Shown piece after piece: positions 49,038 to 59,035 of a DNA stretch of 64,000 nucleotides. The notes beneath the pieces are model-generated. The model did no database searches. It saw only the letters and a list, made by a program, of their open reading frames with translations, and was not told the origin of the DNA. The first letter of the stretch is position 1, and every line of letters begins with the position of its first letter. This DNA comes from an uncultured bacterium (lineage in GTDB: Bacteria; Patescibacteriota; Minisyncoccia; UBA6257; GWB1-50-10). A program made the translations under genes and the position numbers. Location: the NCBI GenBank assembly GCA_963768835.1, contig CAVYJB010000002.1, positions 136,230 to 200,229 on the forward strand, given 5' to 3'.

Positions 49038-49922
49038 TTAGTTGGACGAGGTCACCCTAAACCCGCCAAACTCGACATCCATGAAATCGGTTCGAATACC
49101 AACGTTACCGGGAACTGAGATTGGTTTGCCTCCATATTGAATACCGTCATCGGTGGCACTCAGGACCTCCTTCCAATTGCCGGTCCTTCCGATATCAACC
49201 GACAAGACAATGGTCACGCTTCCAGTAGCATTGTTGGTGACGTTGGTCCGGAGCCCAACCGATTCTCCAATGGGCAGTAGGTTCGGATTTCTAGTGCGGT
49301 CATACGTTCCTGGGAAGATGGCACGATACGCCATGGTGTAATAGACCCCATTCGCCTTCTTCTTAATCACCGCGGCACCATCCACACGGACGCCCACGTC
49401 ATAGAGATTGTTGGCATCCTGATAGCGATTGAGAAGGAACAAACCATTCGATTGGTTGCGGTTCGGGCTCGCGCTGAAATTATTATTCTTAATCAGGAAA
49501 TAGGTCTCTGCGGTATAATTCTGCCACTTCGATTGCGATATCAACCGAAAAACATTCTGAGGATGATAGCCTTCATCGGTATCAACTGGGTTATTCTGAA
49601 AATACCTCAGTCTCCACGCATCGCTGCTCGGCAGTGAGCCCATGATGGTCGATGCCACGCCGCTGGTCGCAACATAGAAATACCCTCCTGAACTGGGCCA
49701 CCAATCCGGATTGGCGCTCTCTGTCGAGCTTCCCACCTCTTGCAGTTCTCCTTGCACGGAAAGGAAGAGATTCTGGGCGGGGGTGGATGACGCGGCTTCC
49801 ATCGCAGTTCGTTTATTACTCAGCGGATGGGACGGGGAACGCAAGATAGTTCCCACCAGAGCAATCAGGAGAAGGAAGGCGATGGTCGTGAGAAGGAAGA
49901 AAATTATCTGGTGGTGCTTCAT
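49038..49922 (-). CDS. membrane-anchored extracytoplasmic protein, ConA/LamG-like beta-sandwich (hypothetical)
   Basis: N-terminal TM; shares beta-rich repeat pattern with C-terminal domains of adjacent deacetylase. Confidence 0.45.
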   Translation of the reverse strand: MKHHQIIFFLLTTIAFLLLIALVGTILRSPSHPLSNKRTAMEAASSTPAQNLFLSVQGELQEVGSSTESANPDWWPSSGGYFYVATSGVASTIMGSLPSSDAWRLRYFQNNPVDTDEGYHPQNVFRLISQSKWQNYTAETYFLIKNNNFSASPNRNQSNGLFLLNRYQDANNLYDVGVRVDGAAVIKKKANGVYYTMAYRAIFPGTYDRTRNPNLLPIGESVGLRTNVTNNATGSVTIVLSVDIGRTGNWKEVLSATDDGIQYGGKPISVPGNVGIRTDFMDVEFGGFRVTSSN

Positions 49923-52237
49923 TATTGGTAGGTGTTCTGTACGTCCGCACTCTCTACGATAATCTTACTGTTATTTGTCGTCGGGTCCCATGTGGTGAAT
50001 CCGATGCCGCCGCTGAAGGGCGGATTCATGGTATAACCGGTCGTACTCAACACGACGTGGTTATCGAAGGAACAGATACCCTGTGTGCCCTGCACCTGGG
50101 CATAGATGGTATGCGCAGACGAGATATCCGAGACGTTGTTGTCGGCGCCTTCCGCCAAAACGTACTCGACGCCGTTAATATATTGCTCTAATGCAATACT
50201 AACGGTTCCGGGAACGCTTCGGTCGAACTCGCACCGTACGTAATTATTATCATCCTTGTACCGCGCGATTATACCGAGGGTCTGACCGCGCACCCAATCA
50301 ACCGCCGCGCTGAACTTGTAATCCGTCCAACCCCCTGAGTTTGCCAATATCACCTCAGAACCGGTGGTGGAGGCATTCGCTTCCGTGCTTAGGAACCTTT
50401 CGGAGTCTATCACCATGGTTCCCCATGTCGTTCGCCAATTTCCGTCGTTTGCGAAATCATTCTCAGTGTATGGAATCTGAAGGTTGGGAACTGGCAATTC
50501 CGGGGAAGACGGGGGAGAACTACTCGGTGCGACAGCAACGATTTCTGCTGTGGACGTCGGGCTGGGAGCCACGGCTGAACTCGTTGCCACATCCGTGCTC
50601 TGCTTACTATCCGAAACCCCGCTACTCGGCATATCGGCCGTGGCAATGGCATTAATCGGCAATGGCGCGGCGCTCAGGCTCACAATCTCCAATTTCTTGA
50701 GGGTCGATTGCGCAACTACGTTCGGGTCCCATACGCTGAAACCAGCCGCACCCCTCGATAACGTTGTGGAGACTCCGTTGGTCAACGCTTTCCCGTCGAA
50801 CGAAACGGCGACAATGCCGTTATAGACGGACATGGTAATTTCCATTTCGTCTTTTCGGGGCAACGAGTATGCCGAAGCGAGCTCCCGTTCCTTCCCGTCC
50901 ACGCACTCTACTAGTCGCAGAGATGTGTCGCCCCAGTCCAGACTGATGTAATTCTGCTCGTCAACATAACGGGCCACGATAGATGCGGAACGGCCCGTTT
51001 CCCGAGCTATGGTTGCTCGAATACTGTAATTGTCCCATCCCGAATCTCCCAATAGCACGCGAGCCGCGTTGGACCCCGCCTTGGAGAGGAGCGTGAAGCC
51101 GTTTCTTGTGTCAAGCGTGCCGTACAACAACTGAGTATTCTGAAGAAACGATGTTGAATCGCCAGAGCTTGGCAAGGTGAGGGCGGGCGGTTTCGGGGCA
51201 AAATGTTCCAATGTTCGGAGCAAATTATCCGGGCCCATGTCCTTCACCTCGAGCCGCTTTAGCTCATTGTACGGGTTGGAGTCTTTATAGTTATAAAAAC
51301 TTTCGAACGCCCCGTTGCTATCGCTCATGGCTTCGACGAACGCGAGCTTGAAATAGCGGCGCGTGAGCCCGATGTTGAAATCTTTGGCACCGTCGTAGTT
51401 AGACAGGTCCAACGCCCCGAAGTGGTTGAGCGGCACCGCAAGGTACTGGGGGTCCGTTCCCAGATGTTCTTTTATGTCCGATATGCCGTTTATATAATCC
51501 GCCTCGACTCTTTTCTGATAGCTCTTGATGCTTTCTAGGCCTACACCCGGCGTATAGATGCGCGATGTCAGATACGACCCGGTGTTCCCATCCTTGTCTA
51601 TCACAACTTTTTCATGGGAACGCCTGCCGTGCGCCTCGATTTCCCAGCGCCCCGTGGCCTGCATCTTCGCCAGCTCATCCCACCCGAGGTAGAACGGGTC
51701 GTTATTGTTGGCCCTGATGGTGGCTACGAAAAGGGTTGCCTTGAATCCCAGCTTCTTCAATACGTCGTCGACGGGGTAGAAACTGTCCTTGCGTCCATCG
51801 TCGAACGTAAGAATGATGGGCTTGGGTGGCAACGTGAACTTTCCCTCCCTGAAGAGTTCGTACTCCCCGACCGATATGGTCTCATATCCATTCTGCTTCA
51901 GCATCTCCATCTGGGCGATAAAATTCGGACGGCTAGTGTTCGGGCCCACTGGACCGTTGCTTATGATGCCGTGATACATGAGGATGGGTACGGCTTGGCC
52001 CGGAGACAGTTTGGAGGTATCTTCCACTGTGAAATTCTTCGGCGGGGAGAAAGCATAGACATACGCATGAATGCGTATCGCCTTTAGTAAGCCGCTACTG
52101 GCCGGATATAGGAGGATAACCACCGTTCCTACGAATGCCACGATAATCAATAGATAAATTGTTTTCTTGAGTGTCATGGTTATCGTGTACCCCAATGTGT
52201 CTTCCGAAGCGTCAGAAGGGCGTAGGGCATCTGCCAT
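49922..52237 (-). CDS. polysaccharide deacetylase (NodB homology domain) with two C-terminal lectin-like domains
   Basis: N-terminal TM; …PIILTFDDGRKDSFYPVDDVLKKLGFKATLFV… NodB motif 1; duplicated ~130-aa beta domains at C-terminus. Confidence 0.7.
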   Translation of the reverse strand: MADALRPSDASEDTLGYTITMTLKKTIYLLIIVAFVGTVVILLYPASSGLLKAIRIHAYVYAFSPPKNFTVEDTSKLSPGQAVPILMYHGIISNGPVGPNTSRPNFIAQMEMLKQNGYETISVGEYELFREGKFTLPPKPIILTFDDGRKDSFYPVDDVLKKLGFKATLFVATIRANNNDPFYLGWDELAKMQATGRWEIEAHGRRSHEKVVIDKDGNTGSYLTSRIYTPGVGLESIKSYQKRVEADYINGISDIKEHLGTDPQYLAVPLNHFGALDLSNYDGAKDFNIGLTRRYFKLAFVEAMSDSNGAFESFYNYKDSNPYNELKRLEVKDMGPDNLLRTLEHFAPKPPALTLPSSGDSTSFLQNTQLLYGTLDTRNGFTLLSKAGSNAARVLLGDSGWDNYSIRATIARETGRSASIVARYVDEQNYISLDWGDTSLRLVECVDGKERELASAYSLPRKDEMEITMSVYNGIVAVSFDGKALTNGVSTTLSRGAAGFSVWDPNVVAQSTLKKLEIVSLSAAPLPINAIATADMPSSGVSDSKQSTDVATSSAVAPSPTSTAEIVAVAPSSSPPSSPELPVPNLQIPYTENDFANDGNWRTTWGTMVIDSERFLSTEANASTTGSEVILANSGGWTDYKFSAAVDWVRGQTLGIIARYKDDNNYVRCEFDRSVPGTVSIALEQYINGVEYVLAEGADNNVSDISSAHTIYAQVQGTQGICSFDNHVVLSTTGYTMNPPFSGGIGFTTWDPTTNNSKIIVESADVQNTYQ

Positions 52238-53520
52238 ATGAATACAGAAACGAAGAGTAGGGAGACAATTGGCATGTACATCCAGTTCTCCGCCTTGTGA
52301 TACACGCGCACAAATAAAGCGAATACGATCCCCAGCAAAATGAAGCCGGACATGAAAACGAGGAACAGTAGTGGATTGTGGGTCCGTATGCTGTTCACGA
52401 GTACGCTACCAGCTAAGATGGGGCCGAGAATTGGGAAGCTGAAGTTGGTATAAAAGGCGAAACTTGCCAGCGGGTGCACCTTCTTCCACATAAAGAGACT
52501 CGCCATGGTCCCCTCGCGTATCCATGATTTCTTCCACCTTAATTGTTGCCGCCAATAGACAGAGAATTTCTCGGGCACTATCGTCGTGGCTTCAGCCTTC
52601 GGGCAATACACAATGTCCCACCCTTTGAGCACGAAGTTTGTCAGCCCCCGGTCATCACCGAATGTCCCCTTCGTGCCCAAGAATTTCTGCCCTTTCCACG
52701 CTTCGACGAGCGGGAGCACCGCTTTCTTCCGGTACGCAGAGAAGCAGCCTGGGCAACAGGTAACGGAACGGTGCACGCTTTCGCTGGCCTTGTAGATATT
52801 GAACGAAACCGCGTATTGAATGGATTGCATACGCGTGAGCAGGTTCGCATTCGCGTTCTCTGCTTTCGTGTTCCCGGAAACCGCGCCAATCCGTTCATTC
52901 GCCATGAAATGTTCCACAATGTGATGGATGGCATCAGGGGCAAGAAAGCTATCGGAATCAACGAAGACAATAATATCGTGGCGCGCTTCGTTCATGCCTA
53001 CCGCCATCGCCTCTCTTTTCCCCCTATTCACAGGGAATGAGATAAGTCTCACCTTTCCTCCGTAATACTGCTCGGCTCTCAGAACTTCCTTCTTGGTACC
53101 GTCGGTAGACCCATCGTCAATCACGATGCATTCGATCTCCCCGGGATATTGCGACCCGACACACGTGGCAATGGTTCGGAATATACCATCCTCTTCGTTC
53201 TTCGCGGCGATGATAACGCTCACATTGGGATAAGCAGAATCCGGATAGATTGCTGTGTGGTCATCTTTGTGCAGGTAGGCATAGGGTATACGGGAGAGCA
53301 AAAACGTCGTCGCGATAATGCCGTAAAAAGTCCAGAACGAGACAGAAAACGACATACTTGCTATGAAAATTGCTTTATAAAGTAACAGCCCGGTAATCAG
53401 GACCATGAAACATACAAAAACCAACACGGATTTTACCGAGCTCGTCAGCGACTGCGAGGTAGTGTTCGAAATAGTTCTTGATGCGTCCATTCGAGTGAGG
53501 TTTAGCCAACCACCGACCAT
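52180..53520 (-). CDS. processive family-2 glycosyltransferase (PgaC/IcaA/cellulose-synthase-like, QxxRW)
   Basis: …VIDDGSTDGT… DxD, …QQLRWKKSW… QxxRW motif, TM helices flanking. Confidence 0.75.
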   Translation of the reverse strand: MVGGWLNLTRMDASRTISNTTSQSLTSSVKSVLVFVCFMVLITGLLLYKAIFIASMSFSVSFWTFYGIIATTFLLSRIPYAYLHKDDHTAIYPDSAYPNVSVIIAAKNEEDGIFRTIATCVGSQYPGEIECIVIDDGSTDGTKKEVLRAEQYYGGKVRLISFPVNRGKREAMAVGMNEARHDIIVFVDSDSFLAPDAIHHIVEHFMANERIGAVSGNTKAENANANLLTRMQSIQYAVSFNIYKASESVHRSVTCCPGCFSAYRKKAVLPLVEAWKGQKFLGTKGTFGDDRGLTNFVLKGWDIVYCPKAEATTIVPEKFSVYWRQQLRWKKSWIREGTMASLFMWKKVHPLASFAFYTNFSFPILGPILAGSVLVNSIRTHNPLLFLVFMSGFILLGIVFALFVRVYHKAENWMYMPIVSLLFVSVFIWQMPYALLTLRKTHWGTR

Positions 53521-53647
53521 TCTTTACCCCTGGTTAAAGCGCCGTAGTTATACAACAAAATGAAAAAATAAGCAAGCGGAGACTGAGCGAACGCCGCTTG
53601 CTGGGACGATTCACGAACCCCGAGCCTGGCACCTCAGCCCGACTCTA

Positions 53648-53695
53648 CTGTCTTCTGACATCGTGTTCGTCGCATTTGACCCCTGGGGTGTCCTG
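53648..53695 (+). repeat. degenerate cassette-associated repeat copy R1b
   Basis: ACTGTCTTCTGACATCGTGTTCGTCGCATTTGACCCCTGGGG – partial match to core (cf. R10 CTCTGACATCGTACAC). Confidence 0.35.
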
Positions 53696-53712
53696 GCAGT
53701 ACTTTACTGGAG

Positions 53713-54210
53713 ATGGATGCTAGTTCGACCGCGCATCTGATTGATTTGCTTGCCAAGCCCTTCCTATCCCTGCCATCAACCATAGGAGGAGGTCTACTAT
53801 CCCTGCTATCGTCTGCTGGAGGCCTTTATTGCCAAGCCGCGAACTCGGCTGCGAAATCGATTGCGAGTTGGTTCTGGACAGCGGTGGTCGCGCTCTGGCC
53901 CTGGTACTGGGCCGGAATAGTTGCGCTTTTGGTGTCCTGGACTCTCTATGAGATATTTTCAGGGAATGGGAGGTCGGAGAATGGTTTCTCTCCGGCATAC
54001 AACCGTGTTGTAGGGAGTGGCGTTTACCTACTCATTCAATCGGCGACCTACCCCTTGCTCCTGAAAACCTTCGGAGACTTGGCCTATTGTCGGCCGTTAT
54101 CCTTGGTGATTCACTACCTAGCTTTCTTTCTTACTGGCGGCTTCCTGCATGTAATCCGTTTCTGGCCGTATTGGAGGATACCCTTCGTCGGCAAGGTGAG
54201 GTTCCATTAA
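53713..54210 (+). CDS. polytopic membrane hypothetical protein
   Basis: 4-5 TM, no motif. Confidence 0.45.
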   Translation: MDASSTAHLIDLLAKPFLSLPSTIGGGLLSLLSSAGGLYCQAANSAAKSIASWFWTAVVALWPWYWAGIVALLVSWTLYEIFSGNGRSENGFSPAYNRVVGSGVYLLIQSATYPLLLKTFGDLAYCRPLSLVIHYLAFFLTGGFLHVIRFWPYWRIPFVGKVRFH

Positions 54211-54288
54211 GACCAGTTGTTCCGGTTTGATGGTCTAGGGCCTCCAAAACGTCCGACTCGAAGTCTGGCGTGGAGGTGTAGGAGAAAA

Positions 54289-54343
54289 GCGTACCCTAAG
54301 GGGCTACCAAACAGGTTCTAACATTCTCCACTAGGGGACCCTG
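54289..54343 (+). repeat. cassette-associated repeat copy R2
   Basis: …GCGTACCCTAAGGGGCTACCAAACAGGTTCTAACATTCTCCACTAGGGGACCC. Confidence 0.8.
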
Positions 54344-54358
54344 GTTAATCGAGGTATA

Positions 54359-54811
54359 GTGGGAATAATGGAAAGAAAGACGAAGGTTGTTGTTCTGGGC
54401 ATCATCTACAACGGCGACGGGAAAATATTCCTGACTCAGCGTTATGATCCTGACATCCCCGATGCCCATCTGCGGTGGGACGTGCCCGGAGGAACTAATG
54501 AATTCGGCGAACGTCTCGAGGACACCCTAAAGCGGGAAATCGCCGAAGAGACCGGCCTGGAAGTTACCATCGGAGACCTGCTCCCGAAGTGCGTCACAAA
54601 GACCTGGGAGCACAAGGATTACCTGCAACACACCCTTGTCTTGTGCTACAAGTGCTCTCTAATAAAGGAACATCTGCACCCAAAGGATCATAAGATAGCC
54701 GCGCTGAAGTGGGAGACCTTGGAGAATCTTGCAGCTTATGACTTTCTACCGACGACCAAGGTGTTTATAGACTTGATTAATCGGCCTGTGGGCTCAGAAC
54801 ACAGGTTCTAG
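54359..54811 (+). CDS. NUDIX hydrolase (MutT-like), cassette gene
   Basis: …GGTNEFGERLEDTLKREIAEETGLEV… Nudix box; stop codon TAG lies inside repeat R3 (TCTAGC variant of TCTAAC). Confidence 0.75.
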   Translation: MGIMERKTKVVVLGIIYNGDGKIFLTQRYDPDIPDAHLRWDVPGGTNEFGERLEDTLKREIAEETGLEVTIGDLLPKCVTKTWEHKDYLQHTLVLCYKCSLIKEHLHPKDHKIAALKWETLENLAAYDFLPTTKVFIDLINRPVGSEHRF

Positions 54812-54850
54812 CGTCGTACACTAGGGGACCCAACCCCGACGGACGGGTCT
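54801..54850 (+). repeat. cassette-associated repeat copy R3
   Basis: ACAGGTTCTAGCGTCGTACACTAGGGGACCCAACCCCGACGGACGGGTCT. Confidence 0.8.
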
Positions 54851-54973
54851 CTGCACCACCACATCCCCTGGGTGGAATTGTTGTTATAGAAACGCCCGGG
54901 CTCGTATCGAACCCGGGCATATCCCGATTTTCAATCCACACAGCGGACAGAACTAGAGAGTATGTAAACGCGC

Positions 54974-55300
54974 TCACCGCCGGGGAACGCCACGAGGAGG
55001 TCGCACACAACTCCACCTTGGATTTCTCCCGCATTCGGATCTGCCCCGCACGCCCTCCATGACATACTCGATAGCCTCGTGGGGGATGACGCCGCACCCC
55101 GTCTCGATGACGATGCCCGTTTGTTTCTCAAACAACGGATCATTTCCCTTGCGGAAATGGCCATCGGTGGCATCGACGTTGAAAGGGCCGGACCATACCC
55201 CCACCCGGTCGCCAACTTCTTTGGGTTGGGTGTCTTGGTTCATGACAATCATCGCATCCACGAGTGTTCGCAGCGGGCCGTACAGATCTATTCCGCTCAT
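54974..55300 (-). CDS. hypothetical protein (reverse-oriented cassette gene)
   Basis: 108-aa ORF filling the R3-R4 interval on the minus strand; no motif. Confidence 0.4.
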   Translation of the reverse strand: MSGIDLYGPLRTLVDAMIVMNQDTQPKEVGDRVGVWSGPFNVDATDGHFRKGNDPLFEKQTGIVIETGCGVIPHEAIEYVMEGVRGRSECGRNPRWSCVRPPRGVPRR

Positions 55301-55406
55301 CTCACGCCTCCTTATTTGGATTTATGAGAACGATTCTAGCCCAAGTGTAGACCACGATGGTCCGACCTCGCAAGTGGCGGCGGGGTATCTAGGACACGGA
55401 AGAAAA

Positions 55407-55470
55407 ACAGGCTCTAACTTCGTACACTAAGGACCCCGACGAGAATTTATCTTAACCCACTAGACATAGC
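55407..55470 (+). repeat. cassette-associated repeat copy R4
   Basis: ACAGGCTCTAACTTCGTACACTAAGGACCCCGACGAGAATTTATCTTAACCC. Confidence 0.75.
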
Positions 55471-55605
55471 GGGTGATTTCCGGTTCGGCCAAGCCTTCTT
55501 GACAGAGCGGTATAAAAATATTAAACTATCCTTGCATGGGATCCTTGTCCCAATGCCTTCAGCTCTTTTACAGAAGCAACAACCATACATGGAAGGAGTC
55601 TGTCG

Positions 55606-56493
55606 ATGAGAAAAATGTCGATCCTCGTTTTCGGTTGCGCATTCGTCGTGCTCTTGAGCATAGGATGCGTACAGCAGGGCAGTTCGACGCAGGAAATACC
55701 TTCCGGACAGGAAGTAACGACTGTCGCCGGGCCAAGCGAAGGGCTCGATCTACAAGCTATCGGCGGTCTGGTAAGGCAGGCGCGTGATGCCGCTAGTCTT
55801 GAAATGCTCATCAATGATCCGGCAAGCGGTATCAACAACCTCGATCTCGACCAGGATGGCCAGATTGATTATATCTCGGTCCACGAGTACATCACGCCGA
55901 CCGAAGGTAAGGGATTCTCGCTCATTGCTAATTTGAGCAGCAACGGACAGCAGCAACACGTCGCTGATATCACCGTGGAACGTGACCCTACGACAGACCA
56001 GATCACTCTGCAGACGCAGGGAGATGCCCAGATTTACGGGCCGGATTATTACTACACTTCTCGTATGGGCTACTCCGATGCCGTATTCTACGTGTGGCTT
56101 TTCGGTTCCCATCCGCTCTACGCTTCGCCTTGGTACTACAGGCACTACCCGAGGTGGTACCGTGCACATAGGCCGGTACCCTCCATGAGGTATCAGGAAC
56201 GTATGGCAGTACGGCATACTGCTATGATGGAGCATTCGCGAACGTCGGTTGTCCGGCCCGTGACTACCGTGCCGGTACCGAGGCGGCCCGCCGAGAGGGG
56301 CACAACCCTGTTCGTGTCCCCGAAACAGAATCAGCACTCGGGTCTTCCCCAGGAACGCGTCGTATCGAAACCGGTCGGAAATGGTGGGCCCATAAGAAGC
56401 GCCAATATAGGTACAAGAAGTACCCCTGTGGCGCCGAAGCCCCCCCCGCCTCCGCATCCATCAAGCCCGTCAAGTAACACAAAGAAGAAGTGA
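55606..56493 (+). CDS. lipoprotein with Pro-rich C-terminus (hypothetical), cassette gene
   Basis: Lipobox LLSIGC; followed by hairpin terminator 56519-56560 (CCTTCGGTGCGATTTTCCACCGGAGG + TTTTTAT). Confidence 0.55.
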   Translation: MRKMSILVFGCAFVVLLSIGCVQQGSSTQEIPSGQEVTTVAGPSEGLDLQAIGGLVRQARDAASLEMLINDPASGINNLDLDQDGQIDYISVHEYITPTEGKGFSLIANLSSNGQQQHVADITVERDPTTDQITLQTQGDAQIYGPDYYYTSRMGYSDAVFYVWLFGSHPLYASPWYYRHYPRWYRAHRPVPSMRYQERMAVRHTAMMEHSRTSVVRPVTTVPVPRRPAERGTTLFVSPKQNQHSGLPQERVVSKPVGNGGPIRSANIGTRSTPVAPKPPPPPHPSSPSSNTKKK

Positions 56494-56569
56494 GTGTGGG
56501 AAAGGATTAAATTGCCTTAGGCCTTCGGTGCGATTTTCCACCGGAGGCTTTTTATTACCCAAACTATAC

Positions 56570-56630
56570 TGAGTGGACTGGTAAGGTACCCCTGGAAACA
56601 GGGCCTAGCCCCGTATTCTAGGGAACTCTG
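56570..56630 (+). repeat. cassette-associated repeat copy R5 (divergent)
   Basis: CTGAGTGGACTGGTAAGGTACCCCTGGAAACAGGGCCTAGCCCCGTATTCTAGGGAACTCTGG. Confidence 0.6.
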
Positions 56631-56890
56631 GCAAAACAATCCGCGTGCTATGCGAGTTGTTTCTTTGTAACCCCGAGAGGAAATGGAATTTCTTAGACCC
56701 GAGTTTGGGGATGATTGTGTCGAAGTACCCCACGATATTTCCTTTGGGATTTTTCCCGATCGCTCTATTGACTTTCCAGGCCCCATGTAGCAGTATGTCC
56801 GCAGCAACAGCAAAAATTTATAGAAGAAGCAACTCGATTCAGTGCGGGAGAAAAACCACTATCAATTCACTTCTATTCGCAGGAGTGCAA

Positions 56891-57454
56891 ATGAAACGCA
56901 TCCCGGTCTTACTATTCGCGTTGTGTGCCCTACTTCTCTTGTCGTTACCGGGTTGTATGGGACAGAAGGGATCAGATGGATCGGTGTATCTTCGGTACAG
57001 CTGGACCAGCTATCTGTATACCTACGACGACAATACTCCGCTCCACAACATTCAGCAGGGCGTCGATTACGAGATCAGCCCAGGAGCGTACGAATATTCG
57101 TATGAGTGTCGAGAGTACTATACGAATGGCACCTATAGCTACTGTGATGTCTGGGGAACGTTCAGTCTGGTTGCAAACGAGGGTAAAGATGGAGGCATAT
57201 TCTGGCAGAAAGGCGATGACGGCGCTCCCAAGTATTACACATTGAGCATTGGGTGGGGGGGCGCGAGTCTTGAGAAGCCGAGTGCACAGCATGCAAAACC
57301 GCCCACCGAGTTGAACGGGTTGAAAGGTAAGGATTCTCTAACGAAGATCGATCGGAGTCTTGATAACACCCTTCCGGTGCAGGTGAGGACAATCACTACC
57401 GAGGGGTGCACGATCGTGTACCGATACAGAATGCAGGAGGGAGTAGGCAAGTAA
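56891..57454 (+). CDS. lipoprotein (hypothetical), cassette gene
   Basis: MKRIPVLLFALCALLLLSLPGC lipobox; Tyr/Cys-rich mature domain. Confidence 0.55.
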   Translation: MKRIPVLLFALCALLLLSLPGCMGQKGSDGSVYLRYSWTSYLYTYDDNTPLHNIQQGVDYEISPGAYEYSYECREYYTNGTYSYCDVWGTFSLVANEGKDGGIFWQKGDDGAPKYYTLSIGWGGASLEKPSAQHAKPPTELNGLKGKDSLTKIDRSLDNTLPVQVRTITTEGCTIVYRYRMQEGVGK

Positions 57455-57551
57455 GTCCTCTAACAAAGGGGTAGGAGAAAGCTGGAGGACAACCGAGAAA
57501 GGAGTTTCGCCGTCTGTACTTAACAGGCGGCACTTTTTATTTAACGATGGA

Positions 57552-57605
57552 ACAGGTTCTAACATCCTCCACTAGGGGACCCAAACCCAACGGACGGGTT
57601 TCTCC
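57552..57605 (+). repeat. cassette-associated repeat copy R6
   Basis: ACAGGTTCTAACATCCTCCACTAGGGGACCCAAACCCAACGGACGGGTTTCTCC; followed by TTGACA-17-TATTCT promoter 57613-57641. Confidence 0.85.
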
Positions 57606-57689
57606 TGAAGATTGACAAAGTAGCACGCAAGTGCTATTCTGTTTTCAGCATCAAGAAGTAACAACCAACCCACAGAAATCTCAGGAGGG

Positions 57690-58238
57690 ATGGAAATGGA
57701 GACACCAGTCAGCTACCTGCTCACAAAAGAGATTGCCAAGCGTGCGATCGACATGGTTCGTCCGGCGATTCTCGCTGCCGTTGAAGGGAAGATTCTGAAG
57801 CGAGGCGATCTGCATATCGTTGTCATGGATCCAGTGAAGGGGCCTTGGAATGTCGAACACGAAGACGAGGCTATTCTCCACGAAGAGTCGTTCGGAGACG
57901 TGGCGAAGTGGGCCAGTCCCTACGGTGAGATTGCGCGAGCAAAGGCAATCGAATCGTGGAGAACTGGTTTCCCTACCCACGTTATTCGCGAAACGATGCC
58001 CTATTTGCTCTATGCGAACGACGATTACTCCGACACTGTGTACTGGGGGAGCGCTGTCCTCCAAGGATTGACCGTCGGGGTCAGCGGCGTGCAGTCCTGG
58101 TTCGACGAATGGGTTGCGTACATGGTCGCGGCGGCCTGCAGAGCTCTCTGCATCGAAGCGATGCAGAAACTTCTGAAAGACAAGAACCGCGACTTCGTGT
58201 GGCAGCCGGAACTGGACAGCCACAGTGGTAGCCGGTGA
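57690..58238 (+). CDS. GlcG/HbpS-like (DUF336-like) protein, cassette gene
   Basis: …LTKEIAKRAIDMVRPAILAAVEGKILKRGDLHIVVMDPVKG… resembles DUF336 N-terminal pattern; weak. Confidence 0.4.
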   Translation: MEMETPVSYLLTKEIAKRAIDMVRPAILAAVEGKILKRGDLHIVVMDPVKGPWNVEHEDEAILHEESFGDVAKWASPYGEIARAKAIESWRTGFPTHVIRETMPYLLYANDDYSDTVYWGSAVLQGLTVGVSGVQSWFDEWVAYMVAAACRALCIEAMQKLLKDKNRDFVWQPELDSHSGSR

Positions 58239-58314
58239 ATGTTTAGGACCGAGCAGACCTACCTGCTCCCGTCACAGCAATGTGGCGGTTTTTCTTTACC
58301 CCACACAGGTTCTA

Positions 58315-58365
58315 ACTTCATACACTCTAGAGGACCCTGACGAGGATTTATCTGAATCTGCTAGA
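58315..58365 (+). repeat. cassette-associated repeat copy R7
   Basis: ACAGGTTCTAACTTCATACACTCTAGAGGACCCTGACGAGGATTTATCTGAATC. Confidence 0.8.
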
Positions 58366-58453
58366 TAGGACAGGTGCTTTTCAGTTCGAACAAGAAATTG
58401 ACAGCCGAACTCTTTTCATATAAAACGAATCCAGCAATCAACTACAACAATGA

Positions 58454-58900
58454 ATGGAGGGAGCTATGGAATCCCACGGTCCGATCCAAGTCGGCATTGG
58501 GCTCGAATCGCTAAAAGTCGGTGTTTTACAGGAGATGAAAAGGACACATGCTCTGTCCGCTTGCCCACTCTGTGGAGAACCTCTTGATCCAGCCACGTGC
58601 TCGTTTTGGGAAGTGATGGATCGGCATCGTTTGCCCATGTCCGGTCAGGAAGAGCCGTCGAATCTGGATTGGGCAACGTGCGCATCATGCATGATTGTCT
58701 GGAAGCTCTTTCTTCAGAACACCAGCAACGATAATCCCGGGAATCTGAATAATTGGGAGGGCCACCAGCTGTACCTTTCCGGCTATACCAATTGTTTCTG
58801 CCGTCAGCAGGTCCTGAGAGGCTCTTGGACGCTCATTCACGACACAAAGGATCGACACTCGCACATCCGAGAGGAATGTGTGGCATCTGAACGGCGCTAG
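58454..58900 (+). CDS. Cys-rich hypothetical protein, cassette gene
   Basis: 148 aa with CPLCG…C…C..C…C.C motifs (possible Zn-binding). Confidence 0.45.
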   Translation: MEGAMESHGPIQVGIGLESLKVGVLQEMKRTHALSACPLCGEPLDPATCSFWEVMDRHRLPMSGQEEPSNLDWATCASCMIVWKLFLQNTSNDNPGNLNNWEGHQLYLSGYTNCFCRQQVLRGSWTLIHDTKDRHSHIREECVASERR

Positions 58901-58968
58901 AGCAAGAGGCGACAATTGCTAGTTCCAGGCCACCCGGTTCATCCGTGTGGCCTTTTCCTTACCCCCCC

Positions 58969-59018
58969 ACAGGTTCTAACGTCCTTCACTAGGGGGCCCA
59001 AACCCGATGGACGGGTTA
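58969..59018 (+). repeat. cassette-associated repeat copy R8
   Basis: ACAGGTTCTAACGTCCTTCACTAGGGGGCCCAAACCCGATGGACGGGTTA; preceded by hairpin terminator GGCCACCCGG…CCGTGTGGCC TTTTCC. Confidence 0.85.
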
Positions 59019-59035
59019 CGAGAATGCAACGATTC

